The position numbers were made by a program, and so were the translations under genes. A stretch of DNA of 63,113 bases, counting the filler, from Stramenopiles sp. TOSAG23-3 (lineage: Eukaryota): the NCBI GenBank assembly GCA_900128585.1. It is 42 parts of 42 records of this genome, joined end to end, with 100 filler letters (N's around TTAATTAATTAA, not from the genome) between each part and the next. Parts side by side here need not be neighbours in the genome. Positions count along the whole stretch, not along the records: positions 1 to 1,420 come from LT645880.1; positions 1,521 to 2,939 come from LT645881.1; positions 3,040 to 4,456 come from LT645882.1; positions 4,557 to 5,972 come from LT645883.1; positions 6,073 to 7,488 come from LT645884.1; positions 7,589 to 9,003 come from LT645885.1; positions 9,104 to 10,517 come from LT645886.1; positions 10,618 to 12,031 come from LT645887.1; 34 more parts are not named here. One strand, written 5' to 3'. The notes beneath the pieces were generated by a model. That model did no database searches. It saw nothing but the letters and a program-made list of their open reading frames with translations, and was not told where the DNA came from. Positions 1 through 12,540 of this stretch are shown here, piece by piece; position 1 is the stretch's first letter, and the number at the start of each line of letters is the position of its first letter.

Positions 1-528
1 GGAGCCCCGCCCCCCCTTTTCCTTTTTTTTTTTCTTTCTTCTTTCTTTCCTTCCTTTTTTTGAAGGTTTGGTAGATATAGGTATTTATTATAACACAGAA
101 GCTTTGCCTCTACGTCCGTGGGCTTAAAGGTCTTGCGAACCATGTTCGAAAGTTTGTCGAGATTCATGTTGTCACGCTTTGTGTGGTTTTTAGGCTGGTT
201 CGTCGTCGTTCGTTGGCCTACCTATACGTGCTACTGTGTCCGTCGATCTTTTTCAATCTAAACTATATTTCTTAAAGTTGTCACTAGTATTGATAAGAAC
301 AAAATGGAAGGTAGATTAAAAAAAAAAACTGTAAAGGGAGGGATTAAACTTTCAGGTCAGGTCAGGTCGTCTTTGTAATCTAAACAATCCAGTCTCTTTT
401 TATATTATTAAGAAGAAGGAAAAGTTAAAAAAAAGAACAACAAAACTACTAAAATTAATAAAAAAACCAAAAAAGCCAATGAACAATTAATTAAAAATTA
501 ATTAGTCTTACTGTGCTGAACTAATTAA

Positions 529-615
529 AATTTAAATTATTAAAATTATTAAAATTAAAATTAAAATTAAAATCGATCCAATCCAATCCAATCCAATCCG
601 ATCCGATCCGATCGA
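529..615. repeat. Compound microsatellite: (TTAAAA)n then (ATCCA)n/(ATCCG)n
   Basis: Directly visible tandem units in an AT-rich non-coding contig. Confidence 0.8.
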
Positions 616-1340
616 CCAGCCATTAATTAATTGATACCAAGGAAATAAACAGTGCCATCATAGAAGAGAAGAATGAGTCTGAAGTATCCCTTATATTACA
701 TTGTATCCCTTGAGCTATCGAATAGAATACATAACACATATTCAGTATTATTAATACTATAGACACAACAGCAAAAACGAAAAAAAGTGAAAGAGTTCGA
801 AGGAATTTAATTTTTTTTAAAGATATTTTTTTATATAATAAGGAATATATAATTTTATTATTTTACCTCTTATTTTTCTATATTCGCTGTAAACAATTAT
901 ATTAAAAAAGTGATTAAAACGATAGAATTATGATAAATTACATATATTTACTTAAATAGATAAACGGATGGATAAACTGAAGGACGGACGGAGAGAGACT
1001 ATAAAGTATTCGTAGTTATGTAGAAGTCTATCAAACTATTTAAATTCGATCCGTACTCCCTCCCTCGTCGCTTCGCTTCGTATCTGCTTATACATAGCAG
1101 AGCATGGTTTTAATTCCTTCTTCAAATTTATTTTAAAAAGAGGGAGAACCAATAAGGGATACTACCTATTTTAAACTGTTTAAATTATACTTGTATTTAA
1201 TATTAGAATACAATTACTTTTAATAATAATTAGAGCAAAAGCAATGCAAATGGAATGAATGAATGGGCTTGGTTATATTATTTACAATAGCTTTAAGTAG
1301 TATGATGAAAGTGATGACGTGCGCTTGCATGGATGGCCTC

Positions 1341-1420
1341 TTTCCTTCCTTCCTTCCTTCCTTCCTTCCTTCCTTCCTTCCTTCCTTCCTTCCTTCCTTC
1401 CTTCCTTCCTTCCTTCCTTC
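1341..1420 (+). repeat. (TTCC)n microsatellite ending the contig
   Basis: About 20 tandem TTCC units. Confidence 0.95.
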
Positions 1421-1520
1421 NNNNNNNNNNNNNNNNNNNNNNNNNNNNNNNNNNNNNNNNNNNNTTAATTAATTAANNNNNNNNNNNNNNNNNNNNNNNN
1501 NNNNNNNNNNNNNNNNNNNN
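1421..1520. other. Artificial contig-join linker N44-TTAATTAATTAA-N44 (first of 41 copies, one about every 1.5 kb)
   Basis: Identical 100-nt spacer with stops in all six frames; flanking contigs shrink monotonically from 1420 to 1392 nt. Confidence 0.98.
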
Positions 1521-2334
1521 ATATAAAAAAAGACCACGAACCGGTACCAGGTACCAGTACAGTCGAAAAACTGTGACCGGAGGAGAGGAGGCGGATGATT
1601 GGGCTTTTGGGAAAATGCAACCAGCACTACCGCCCTGCCATCATACAGGGAATAGCATCAGTTTCGGGAGGTCCCTTAAAAAATTAGAATAGGCTGTCTT
1701 GATAGGGAACGGAGTAACTCCGCTGTGCAAAAAACCTGCAAAAAGCAGTCTACTTGCGGCACAGGAACTACATAAAACTCTCATAGTCCTTCTCAACAAG
1801 AAAAAACGATGGGCATTTACTAGTACCTCCAACAAAAAACACAGCATCATACATTCTCTGGTTTACTGTAAGCGACAAGAAAAACGATAAGCCCGTCGAC
1901 CCCCAACGCCAAGACTACACAGCATATGGGGGTTAGTCAAGGACCGGACCAGACGGACCAGACGGACGGACATACATCATACATCACAATAGCATCTAGA
2001 GGAGAGAAGAGAGAAAAAATTTAAGAAAGGAGAACTAAAAAAACGAATCATGATGAATTGAAGTACAAGTCGTACTATATTGCTTCGCAGTCTTTCCGTG
2101 CAAGCAGTTGAAGAAAAAGAGCGACCCATGATAGAAAGGAGACGGAGATACGTACGTGTGGATGAAGAAAAGTATTTCTTTTGATCTCTTAGTGTTGAAA
2201 CGAAGGTAATAGAAAAAAGAGCATAGAAGAAAGGCTGTACGTGCTTCTGGTACGGCGGACTTGAGGGCGCACGACTCCGACCGCTCTGCTGCCCGCTGGG
2301 CTTCACTTTTCCGACGAGCGATTTTGTAAGTAGA

Positions 2335-2939
2335 ATGAAGGGTGCGAAACTTGCAAATCTAGGAGAAAGAAAGGCGCACGATGCCTGCGCAAGTGCGCTG
2401 GCGAAAAGGCCGCTGCCGCTTGGACGAGTGCGCGGCGGGGACGGCTTGGTGTTTGGGCGGCAAGGCAAGGCTGCTGCGAGAGCGCTCTTCTACACGAAGC
2501 GGGTGGCGTTCCAGTGGCTTTTCGCTCTGATGTTTGCGCTGGCGGATGGGATACCCTCTGCATTCGCGGAGGAGTGGAACTGTGCCGATAGGAGTGGGAC
2601 GTTTGAACGAAGCACGGACTGTACGATGGGAGAGGAAGTTGCTGTATCAGGAGACCTGACGGTAACGGGGAACGAGAACACGTATACGACGTTGACTGCA
2701 GCGAGGTGGAGTTATCATTTTTGTATTGACAGTGGACATACGGTGCGATTGAAATGGTTAAACATGACCGGCGTGCGGTCATGGTATAAGAGTTCTATTT
2801 ATGTTAACAACGTAAACGCCCGTTTGAACATATCCTATTGTGTCTTCTACAATAATGGTAATGGTGGTGCTATTTATCTTACGAACGGCGCTACATTCGA
2901 AGGTGAATGGAACACGTTTGTTGGAAATAAAGCGACGGA
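2335..2939 (+). CDS. Secreted or surface protein with beta-helix (pectin-lyase/PMP-like) repeats, 3' partial
   Basis: Hydrophobic segment ending ..SAFA-EE, then LNISYCVFYNN-GNGGAIY (FxxN/GGAI-type motifs); start codon uncertain. Confidence 0.55.
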
Positions 2940-3039
2940 NNNNNNNNNNNNNNNNNNNNNNNNNNNNNNNNNNNNNNNNNNNNTTAATTAATTAANNNNN
3001 NNNNNNNNNNNNNNNNNNNNNNNNNNNNNNNNNNNNNNN

Positions 3040-3118
3040 AGGAGATATTGTTCTTGAACTGACACCTTCTTTTTTCTTTAATTTTAATTACTATAAAATA
3101 ACAGCCAATTTTTCTTGT
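3040..3118 (+). repeat. Dispersed inverted-repeat family copy (module A plus arm)
   Basis: TTGTTCTTGAACTGACACCTTCT..AATTTTAATTACTATAAAATAACAGCCAATTTTTCTTG; near-identical to 13645-13715 and to the reverse complement of 55745-55813. Confidence 0.85.
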
Positions 3119-3228
3119 CAATCAATTAATAATAATGTTAAAAACAATGGAGATTCTTAATTTTTTTTTAAAACAATGGAGAAACCCATAAATCGTTTAA
3201 TCGTCCCCCCTCTTTCGTGCTTCAAATA

Positions 3229-4276
3229 TTATTGGCCGTTGCAAATCCAGTCCTCCGTCACCCGTTTGTACTTGATGGTCTGTCTCAAATAAGTATACAT
3301 GACATGGATACTCCCATCCTTTGTCTGCAGCACTGTGGGGTAACTAAACTCGTTGTTATGCTTCTTCTTCTGAAGCTCTTCTGCCGACACGCCATGCTGA
3401 AGGTTCCGTTTGCAAGACCACGACTTGCCTTGGTCTTTGGAAATTCCAATGGCCAGCGGGTCGCGCCCCGACGTCTGGGGGTTGAACACCAATACAATGT
3501 GGCCATTCGTCAGCAAATTGGCCTCGATGCCGGCGTTGTTGTTCGGAAGTTGGGTTGGTTTCGGTTTGTCCCAATGGGACGCTTCGGCATCCTTTCCCTG
3601 GGAGGCATAGATGTGCTTCGCTCGCCTGTCGCGGAAGAAGGTCAACCACGAATTGTTCAAGTGAACCGTCGACGGTTGAACTAAATCGTCGCTCCCCGCC
3701 AAGGGCGTGAACTTCCACCCATCAGCAGAGCCCATGTTTCTNNNNNNNNNNNNNNNNNNNNNNNNNNNNNNNAACGCCGCCGTCGCGGGTGGGAACGATC
3801 CGGTTGCGCGGGAACGCGCCAGGAGCGGTAAGCCACGCTTTCGGCTCTGACCAAGTGTTCCCGAGATCGTCGCTTTCAAGGTGCCATATGGCGGCCCCGC
3901 TCTCTCCACTCTCTGCCTTGGCCTGAGAATGGAACAAGTGCAGCTTTTTGTGGACGGTGTCGTAAAACAAAACAGGGTTTTGGTTCGAGTACCCGTCCCG
4001 CTTCGACAGCGTGGCGGCTTTGGACCACGAGGTCCCGTTCAGCCTTGAAAACACTATGGCGCAACCGGACGCCTCCTCTTTCTCTCCCGAAAACCAAGCA
4101 GCTGCAAGCCGCCCGTCTGGCAAAAGTTCAATGGTCGATGCATGGCTGTCCTTGTAAGGGGGAATCATGTAAGCGCTGAAAGACCCGTCAGATTCTGGTC
4201 GGACCATTCCGTCAAACGCCGGGTGGGCCCTGGCAAAAGGCAACACGCAGGCCAAACAAAGAAGATACCGCAACAT
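3229..4276 (-). CDS. Secreted BNR/Asp-box sialidase-like beta-propeller protein, interrupted by a 31-N scaffold gap at 3742-3772
   Basis: Signal peptide; HASTIELL..AAWFSG; Asp boxes SDDLGNTW and SKDQGKSW; FSYP and HVMYTYLRQTIKY. The two halves appear in different frames either side of the gap. Confidence 0.85.
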
Positions 4277-4858
4277 GCTGGTACTCTATACTGGGTGGGA
4301 ATGGGTGCAAGACTTCTTTGGTTCTACAACTTTAAACGTGCGGGTAATGAAAAGTCAATATTTGAATACATTCTTCTCAGTACCTTTTACAAACCATTCT
4401 TTTCTTTGTCTCAATATAGATATATAGATATAAATATAGATATAGATATATGGAGCNNNNNNNNNNNNNNNNNNNNNNNNNNNNNNNNNNNNNNNNNNNN
4501 TTAATTAATTAANNNNNNNNNNNNNNNNNNNNNNNNNNNNNNNNNNNNNNNNNNNNTTATCACTTGGTAGTAATTCTTCTCATTGGAATATAAATAATTC
4601 CTCAGTGATTGACAATCAACGAAACAAAATAAAAAAATCAAATTAAAACATCAAGATATCATATCTTACGACTAGGAGGGTTGGAACTGAAATCGTAATT
4701 GATATAAAATATAAAAAATGAGAGAGTTTTAAAGCATACTATATTTGTAAAAAACAAAAAAATGGTTTTCTTCTAATGACAGGGGTATATCGATTAGTAA
4801 AACCAAAAGGGAAAAGATAAGTTCGCAGTACATGAAGGAATTGTAAACCTTGAATCTT

Positions 4859-5040
4859 TGTCTAAATCTAGAGTTCAGTTCGCAGGTACATTAATTTTAA
4901 TTTTACTTATTAAATAACAGCCAATTTTCTTGTTTTTCTTCTATATTTTATAATATCTGAGAATCAAGTTTGGATTAGGGTATGAGGAAGCTAAATTTAA
5001 TTACTTACATATAAATAACAGCCAATTTTCTTGTTTTTTT
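4859..5040 (+). repeat. Two copies of the repeat arm, the first preceded by module C (TCTAAATCTAGAGTTCAGTTCGCAG-TACAT)
   Basis: AATAACAGCCAATTTTCTTG at 4913 and 5014; module C also at 22707-22745 and, reverse-complemented, at 58591-58633. Confidence 0.85.
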
Positions 5041-5248
5041 ATCTGAGAAGAATTACATTTATTGTTGGTAACACCCAGAGCTGTTTATTTAGACGAGATT
5101 TAATCTCCTTTTTGAGCAAAAACTTTTGAGGTATTTTTTTAAATAAAAAAATCCAGGAAAACACGGGCACGCTCTCTCCCTGCACCAGACTTATATACAT
5201 GAAGGAGTGGATCAAAACGCATAGGCCCTTTCCCAGCACATCACCATT

Positions 5249-5972
5249 TCAACCTTCGTTTCGGTCGGTTTCTGTGTCGTCCGCGCTAACTCGGGGAATC
5301 TTCTTGGCCCTCGAATCGCACCGCAAGGTCAGCTGCTGAACGAACAGGACCTTTTTGGACTGCAACTTTCCCACGAGCACCCGGTCCTTGTTCGGCAAAA
5401 ACGATTCGTACCGGTCCCGAGGGTGCAAGGAGTGAAAGACAACGTCCGTTGCTTGGGACAGCAGGGAAGCGGGCGAGTGACGCCAGTACAAATCGACGAT
5501 GTCCTTTCCATTGTTGTACACTGTGATGGACACCCCGCGCCAAAGGTCAGACGACACGACGGCAAACACGGAACTTTCGAACAAAAACACGGCATTCTCC
5601 GCGTTCAGCAATTCATGGTGAAACAGCGGTGTCATGGCTTCCGCTTCCTTGACATTCATGGTCTCCTGCTCGACGGTGTCCACGTGCACGGCACGGGAAA
5701 AGTCCGAGCTCTCAGGGTCAACGCTGTAGTCCCCCCCCGCCAGCGTGACCAGGACCGTTTTTTCCCTCCGGTTCAATACGCACGCAAGGCCATGGCGGTC
5801 GCTGCCCGGGCGCCACCACCGTACAATGTCACTGCTGAATTTGGAAAAACAATCTTTGTCCTTTACGACTAGGTTTTTTTGCTTCATGAGGTCTTGTGGG
5901 ATGATCACGGGCAGGTCGATAGCAGTGTAGGCTTTTAAGAACCCTTGCCGAGCGAGGGTCCCCATGTATCCA
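5249..5972 (-). CDS. Hypothetical protein, probably 5' partial
   Basis: 238-aa frame with GC-rich codons reaching close to the contig edge; no family recognised. Confidence 0.6.
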
Positions 5973-6074
5973 NNNNNNNNNNNNNNNNNNNNNNNNNNNN
6001 NNNNNNNNNNNNNNNNTTAATTAATTAANNNNNNNNNNNNNNNNNNNNNNNNNNNNNNNNNNNNNNNNNNNNTG

Positions 6075-7457
6075 ATAGGTTTTCGAGCGTTAGCTTCGGC
6101 CTGCGAAGATTACCTTGCGAGTTTCTCGGACGAAAAATACGACGTGCTGGAGAGCACTTTGATTTACAAGCTGTTCACTGGGAAGGAAGCCGAGGCGGTG
6201 TACTTGGGAAAATGCCTCCACATTAGTCACTTTCGACGTGGGCAAGTGATCGACTTTCGGTTCCAAAAGTGCTTTTCTTTGGTAGTAGAAGGAAAGGGGG
6301 GGGTGAGGGTGGGGAACCTGATAGGGGCAGAGCCGAACAGAGACCCACTAATTGCAGTTTTTGAGGAGGAGGATCACTTTCACAACGATCCAAAAGGAAA
6401 TTCGTACAACGTTGCCATGGAGGAGAACACAACGCTCCTGTGGCTAACCCAGGACAGTTTCAAACGGTTCGCACGGAACAACAGGAAAAAACATTTGGAA
6501 AACAGGCTTCCAGACGCGATGCATGCAATGGGTATGCTCAACATAGAAAACTGTCTTCATCGCGTGCCATTCTTCAAGTCCACCATGTTTGAAATCAACA
6601 TTCCGGTCATTGCAACCATGTGCAAAATAGAGCTGTACCAGAAGGACGATCCGATAGTAAAGCAGGGACTCGACATTGACAGCTTCATGTTCAACGTTTG
6701 CGGATTTTCCAAACTGGGCATCGAAGACGACGGAAAAGAAAACACGTTCAAGGACCGGACCCCATACGATGTGCTGAGCAACTGCGTCGAGATGCCCATG
6801 GATACGATGGAACTCAAGGACAGCCAGATGCCTGAGGAAGAGTACGACGACGAATGGCTCTATCGTTACCAAAACGATACCCTGTTCGGTGCCATGACAC
6901 GCGCAGAGCTTGACACCAAGAAACAGAAGCCGCTGCCCGACCTGTACTCGTACAACACCAGGTCTACTCGGATTCCCTCTCGAATTATTTCAAACTATTT
7001 GGATGTAAACATGAGCGCTAACGTGGGCAGGTCGGGCCCGTCCCGCTTCCATGCGCGGAAGCGGGATGTTTTTCCCGCACACTTGCAGGAGCTGCTTCCC
7101 AGGGAAGATGACCTCGTCACGGAAAACTTTAAAAAAGGGAATTACGAAGGGAGCTGGATGACCCAAGGACGGAAGGGCCGGGTAGCTACAAAGCCATCTG
7201 AACTGAAGAACGCCATGATAGGCCCGGGAAGCCACTTCTACTCACTGGAAATGATAGGGAACTCAGTAAAGAAGAGTCGCTTTTCGCTGCTATCGGTCGA
7301 CTGGTCGCTTTACATACGCTTGCCAAAAAAGCACGTGCAGAATTTTTTAAAGTTGCCAGGGCAACGGGACATCAACTACCGTTATTTTAAAAATTTGCGA
7401 AGGAACGACAACCAGTTTGAGGAGAAATGGAAAAAGATGGAGAGAAAAAAATTGTAG
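6075..7457 (+). CDS. Divergent cyclic-nucleotide-binding domain protein, 5' partial
   Basis: Frame open from the contig start; cNMP-like segments FRRGQVI..FSLVVEGKG and VPFF..YQKDDPIVKQG..IGPGSHF..R. Confidence 0.6.
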   Translation: MGFRALASACEDYLASFSDEKYDVLESTLIYKLFTGKEAEAVYLGKCLHISHFRRGQVIDFRFQKCFSLVVEGKGGVRVGNLIGAEPNRDPLIAVFEEEDHFHNDPKGNSYNVAMEENTTLLWLTQDSFKRFARNNRKKHLENRLPDAMHAMGMLNIENCLHRVPFFKSTMFEINIPVIATMCKIELYQKDDPIVKQGLDIDSFMFNVCGFSKLGIEDDGKENTFKDRTPYDVLSNCVEMPMDTMELKDSQMPEEEYDDEWLYRYQNDTLFGAMTRAELDTKKQKPLPDLYSYNTRSTRIPSRIISNYLDVNMSANVGRSGPSRFHARKRDVFPAHLQELLPREDDLVTENFKKGNYEGSWMTQGRKGRVATKPSELKNAMIGPGSHFYSLEMIGNSVKKSRFSLLSVDWSLYIRLPKKHVQNFLKLPGQRDINYRYFKNLRRNDNQFEEKWKKMERKKL

Positions 7458-7589
7458 TATTAATATACTAAAGCATAAAAAATATAATNNNNNNNNNNNN
7501 NNNNNNNNNNNNNNNNNNNNNNNNNNNNNNNNTTAATTAATTAANNNNNNNNNNNNNNNNNNNNNNNNNNNNNNNNNNNNNNNNNNNNC

Positions 7590-9003
7590 AACGAGGGCAG
7601 CGATGACGACACCGACAGCGATTGCAGCGACGACGGGAACGCCCCCCCGAAGAACAATTGCGACATTCACGGTTGGCGATGGTACAAGGTTGACGACGAG
7701 ATTGTGACCCCGATAGAACCAAATGAGGCCATGGAAGACGCGTGCGGGGGGTCGTGGGGAGACAATTTGGGAAAACCATTCGTCGGATTCAACGAAGGCG
7801 ACGACCCAATATTCGAAGATGAAGATGAAAAAAACGACCTCAAGGCCGTTTGGGGAAACGATTACAACATTAACAGCCGCCCAAGGCTGAGTAACGCGTA
7901 TATGCTTGTGTACATCAATGCAGACGAATGTGAAAGCATTATGAAAGACATTACTGAAAACGATATACCGGAGCATTTGTCGGAGCGATTCCGACAAGAA
8001 GACGCTAAAGCGAAGCGTGGCATGGCATACAAAAACGAAGAAAGCGAGCATTTCCGGATTCGGGTAGTGGACGAAGAAACTGTGCGCAATGTTGACGGTT
8101 CAATGATCACGTACGAACACGACTTTGTGCCTACCGGGACCGGCTTTACGAACTTCGACCCGACTGCACAATCCTACGTACTAGATAAAAATCCTAATCT
8201 GTACGCAACAGCAAAGTGCCCGAAGGGCGACCGGGTGGAGAAGATGTTGAGGACTGGGACGCTGGGAAAACTTTTCAGCGTGCGAACGCGAACCACCATC
8301 TCTGATTTTCACCGCATGCTTTCTTTGCATACAGGTATACCCGTATCAAGGCAACGCCTGTGGATTGTTCAAAGTTACGACCCCCAACATGAACACAGAG
8401 TGTGCCATTCTGTGCAAGATCTAGCTTTGGAGCTTTTAATGCACTCACACATAGCCCGCCTGAAGCGCGCGTGGTCCCGTAAGTTCGACAAACACCGTTC
8501 CCAAGGGGTCAGCGTTAACAACAGCAATATTGACACTGCAATGGAGGCAGGGTACGACCGACACTTGCACTTGCCAGAGGATGCATTCACTAAAGCATGC
8601 ACTCTCGGTCTACCGCAGGGTTACCTAGATGGGGACATTGAATTTTCGAAAATTTATGAAGAAATAAGCAAAGCATGGCACACGGACGTTACACTATGGC
8701 AAGTGCACGAGTACGTTTTCGAAAAGCTAAAACTGGCTTTGCCAAATCACAGGCTTCATGAAAAGATAGCGATACCATCAAATTCCCATAAAATCAAATC
8801 AACCACTGGATACATCCCTGCCAGCGTCAACTCGCCATTCCGGATACCTCCCGTCCTTTCGAAGGAAACTAGCAGAGGGCAAGTGTGTGATAGATCGATG
8901 GAACCGATGTACCATCTAGAATTGTACCTGGAAGAAATTTCTCCCCCTTCCAAGGGTGCCCCGCTGGAACGTGCTGAAAAAAACAGTCTAGTGCACCCGG
9001 CCG
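7590..9003 (+). CDS. USP7/UBP15-like deubiquitinase, end of the catalytic domain plus C-terminal region (internal fragment)
   Basis: WYKVDDEIV..ACGG..SNAYMLVYI..DIPEHLSERF..QRLW, matching USP7-family motifs. Confidence 0.75.
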
Positions 9004-9103
9004 NNNNNNNNNNNNNNNNNNNNNNNNNNNNNNNNNNNNNNNNNNNNTTAATTAATTAANNNNNNNNNNNNNNNNNNNNNNNNNNNNNNNNNNNNNNNNN
9101 NNN

Positions 9104-9532
9104 CACCACGGCCTGGACCCTACTGCCGTTTCGAAGCAAGCTGGACCACCCGTCTACGCTGTCTAAGAAATGCTCCACCCTGTCTAATACTTTGCGCTCC
9201 TTCTGTCCCTGAAAAGACTGCAAATTGAAGTATTTCCACACCCCGTCGCGCTCGGCGGTGTTTTCCGGCGCATCTTCCGTTTGCAGTGCAACGCGCTGGA
9301 ACGCGGCAACTTCCTCGTCCGAAAAAAAATTCTCCATCACAACTATACCGTCGTCACGAAACCGTCTTCGATCCTCCTCGGAGACCTGCCGCGGTCTAGT
9401 GTTACAATCCCCGAACTCACTTGGCGCAGGATGAAAATCTAAGATGTGTCCGCGGGAGTCAGGTGCACACCCATGATCCAACGCCCCCGCACATCCCATT
9501 GCCATGAGCAGGCAAACCCACGCCAGCATCAT
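9104..9532 (-). CDS. Phytanoyl-CoA dioxygenase (PhyH) family protein with signal peptide, 3' partial
   Basis: FRDDGIVVMENFFSDEEV and KYF..LDRVEHF motifs. Confidence 0.7.
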
Positions 9533-10171
9533 CCTGAATTGCGTGAAGAACTCACACTGTATGAAATGAACCTACGCTCTCAACAAATGAACCCAATGAT
9601 AAATGAAACATGAAGTCTGTATCTATTCAAAATCTCTCTGGTGGATTGGTATGATAGATTGCATGTATTAGTTTTTCTTTGATATGTATAGACATTTTAT
9701 ATAGAAGAAGAGTCAATCACTCAAAAAAAACAAAACAAAACAAAAAAAAAAAAACATTTTTTTTTTACTCTAATAATACTCTTCTTCTTATATTACCTGG
9801 TAGGTGGTACCGTACCTGTACCGTACCTGTATACCTGTACCTCATTGGTATGATGTTATTATTCACTCACTCTCACCATCCAACTACGAATATTGTACAT
9901 ATTATTATACGTCGTGTCTTGTATCTTTCCACCCAAAAGAAGAAGAAGAAGAAATGAGAAAACAACACAGAAGACGGACGGACGGACGACAGAAAGAAAT
10001 TCTTGGTAAGAAGTACATTAATTGTCCAGATAATGTGATTCATTAAATGGATGATTTTGTATACAATTTTTAAATGAGGAGAGGGTACAATTGTTTCGGG
10101 AAGGAACAGAAGGAACACTTCCTGTGCCTGTGTGTTTTTGTTTGTGTTTTTGCTGGGACGGAGAGTACAAG

Positions 10172-10517
10172 ATGCGCCGAGCAGTACTGTTTGGGCTGTT
10201 CCTGGTGTTTCAATTGGGGAGGAGCGTTGAGACCATAGTTATAAATCTTGGTGCAGAGAATATAAATTTAGCAGAATCGATCCCCCACGATGAGCTGTGC
10301 GACAGAAAAGGTGCGGACGTGTGTGCAATGGAAAACGGCTCGTTGAGCTTCAACATTTCAACGCTGACGTGCCACATCGCGCCGAGCATTATTCGGCCTT
10401 TGTACTGCAGAAATGCCATGATGAACTTGCTGTCGCACATTACGGCGCTGTTTGAATTCTACCACATTCCGTACTGGATCACGCAGGGAACGTTGCTGGG
10501 TGCGATGCGGGAGCAAG
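10172..10517 (+). CDS. LicD/fukutin-like nucleotidyltransferase-fold protein, 3' partial
   Basis: Signal peptide, then IPYWITQGTLLGAMR; divergent from the PhyH gene on the same contig. Confidence 0.75.
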
Positions 10518-10617
10518 NNNNNNNNNNNNNNNNNNNNNNNNNNNNNNNNNNNNNNNNNNNNTTAATTAATTAANNNNNNNNNNNNNNNNNNNNNNNNNNN
10601 NNNNNNNNNNNNNNNNN

Positions 10618-12031
10618 CGTCGAATTCTGTACAGCTGTATGGGCGCGTTCCGCGGTGTGAGCCTTGTGGTTTCCCGGGGGAACGGGGGAGGGAGCTCCCA
10701 GGACGGCATTAAAATATGCTCTACGTTAAACAGCGTGTAGTGGTCCCTGTTGTGGTGGTCGAACCAATCCCCGTACAACGATGCTGGCGCCATCGTGTGA
10801 AGCGTTGGCCCAAGAATGTCGAAGCGCCCGGATTGCAAAAACGATGGGAAGGCTGCCGAATTCCACCCATAACCTGGCAAACCAACGAACATTCTACCAT
10901 GGTCCCCCGCGTCCACGTTGGCCAAGACGATATCCCTCACCTTCTCTACGTTCCGGGTTTGCCCCGCTAACTTCTCGTGCCGCATGCGAACGGTTGCGTA
11001 CATTGCCCCGACGCCCGCAGCTCGACGGTGCATCAGGAAATACCCAAACGCGACCGGGAAAAGGGACGCCACTGTTCGGACAACGGACACGCACGCGCGC
11101 TTCTTCCCGCCCAAAACCCTGCCCAGCACTGTGCCGAGGAACGCCTTTGAGTCCTGGACGACACGGGTGCACAATTCAAATAATACCGCTACGAGCAAAA
11201 GGCAAAAAAACTGAAGGCCGCCGATAAACCTGTGCATATGCAGCTGCGATCCAAACGGCAACATCGTCAAGGCCCCAGCAAAGACGAGGCCGTGGAGAAA
11301 GAAACCACTCGTCACGTACGCAACGACGGGAACGAGTTTTCGAACGGCCGGGGAGAGAAAAATGTTGCCAACGGAAGAGTACATCACCAGCACCACGGTG
11401 CTGGAGACGAGGCCACCCGCGGTTAACCAAGTAAGCAGGGAAACCCCGTGCACTCCAGTCCCGTAGTCGAGCAGGTCCCCCGACACGAGCGAGGAGACCA
11501 CCCAAGTCAGCCCGACGCTGTCAAATTTCCAAGACCGATGCTCGACGTCGGAGACGGCGTCGCGGTGCAGCAAAAATGGAACCACAAAGTAGCACGACGT
11601 GCACACGGCGATCGCCCCGACAATAAGCAATCGACGCATCGTTTGGCGCCACTGACGGTGCAGCAGTGTCCACAGGCACGCGGCCAACACGATGGACACG
11701 GCAACCATGTAGCCGTAGAAAACGTTCGACAGGACTGTCAGTGCCACGAGGCTTCCGGCCGCAACGTATTCCGTGAGGCTTGGCTTTACCCCCCTGGTAT
11801 GTGGCCGGGTCAAGATGGAGTACGCCAACCCCACTGCAGGCAAGAAAAGGAGGCACGCCAAGCCCTGGGTCCAAAGCCCGTGCCCGTAATGAAGTTGACT
11901 GTTCCAGCCAATGCCGTAACTATACCCAACCCCTTGATTCTTGTTCTGGCTCGGGGGTTTGTCGTTGATCAGCACGTACAAAAAAGCGGTCCCCGCCGCG
12001 GCTTCCGCGCTAAACCCCATGCAGCACAACC
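10618..12031 (-). CDS. Polytopic membrane protein, YfhO/PTPS-related (GT-C-like), internal fragment
   Basis: Many TM helices; GLWTQ, SNVFYGY, LPFGSQLHMHRF; soluble C-terminal part with GRMF and YTLFNVEHIL. Confidence 0.55.
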
Positions 12032-12540
12032 NNNNNNNNNNNNNNNNNNNNNNNNNNNNNNNNNNNNNNNNNNNNTTAATTAATTAANNNNNNNNNNNNN
12101 NNNNNNNNNNNNNNNNNNNNNNNNNNNNNNNTTTTTTAAATTTTTTTGTCGCATTTGTCGCAATTGTCGCAAAATCATGCTGTGTCAATGTTAACTTTGC
12201 GGATCGATTTCGGAAATGCAAGTGTATTTTTTATCACTACATTCAACTAATGGTGTGTTGATGTTACATGTTCTGGTGGGGCTCTTTTCTTTCTTTCGGT
12301 CATCATTTTTTCCCAAGGTCGTTGTTTTCTAATAATAATATAATAGGCGATAGGCGCACACGTCTTGACCCAACAAAGGACGACGATCTGTCATACGTAT
12401 GTATTTGGACTGGTGACATAAACATTCATAAAGTTTTTATCAAAGAAAACTATTACGAAAGAAGTATTCGTTGATACAAAATTTATTGAAAAAGTAAAAC
12501 ATTACGAAACGAAAAACAATAGAAAAGAACTTACGAAAAC

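Noticed and set aside
3097-3118. CAGCCAATTTT as a relic of the dinoflagellate spliced leader (CCGTAGCCATTTTGGCTCAAG)
   Set aside because: The similarity is short, and the copies are 3' of genes and antisense rather than at 5' ends
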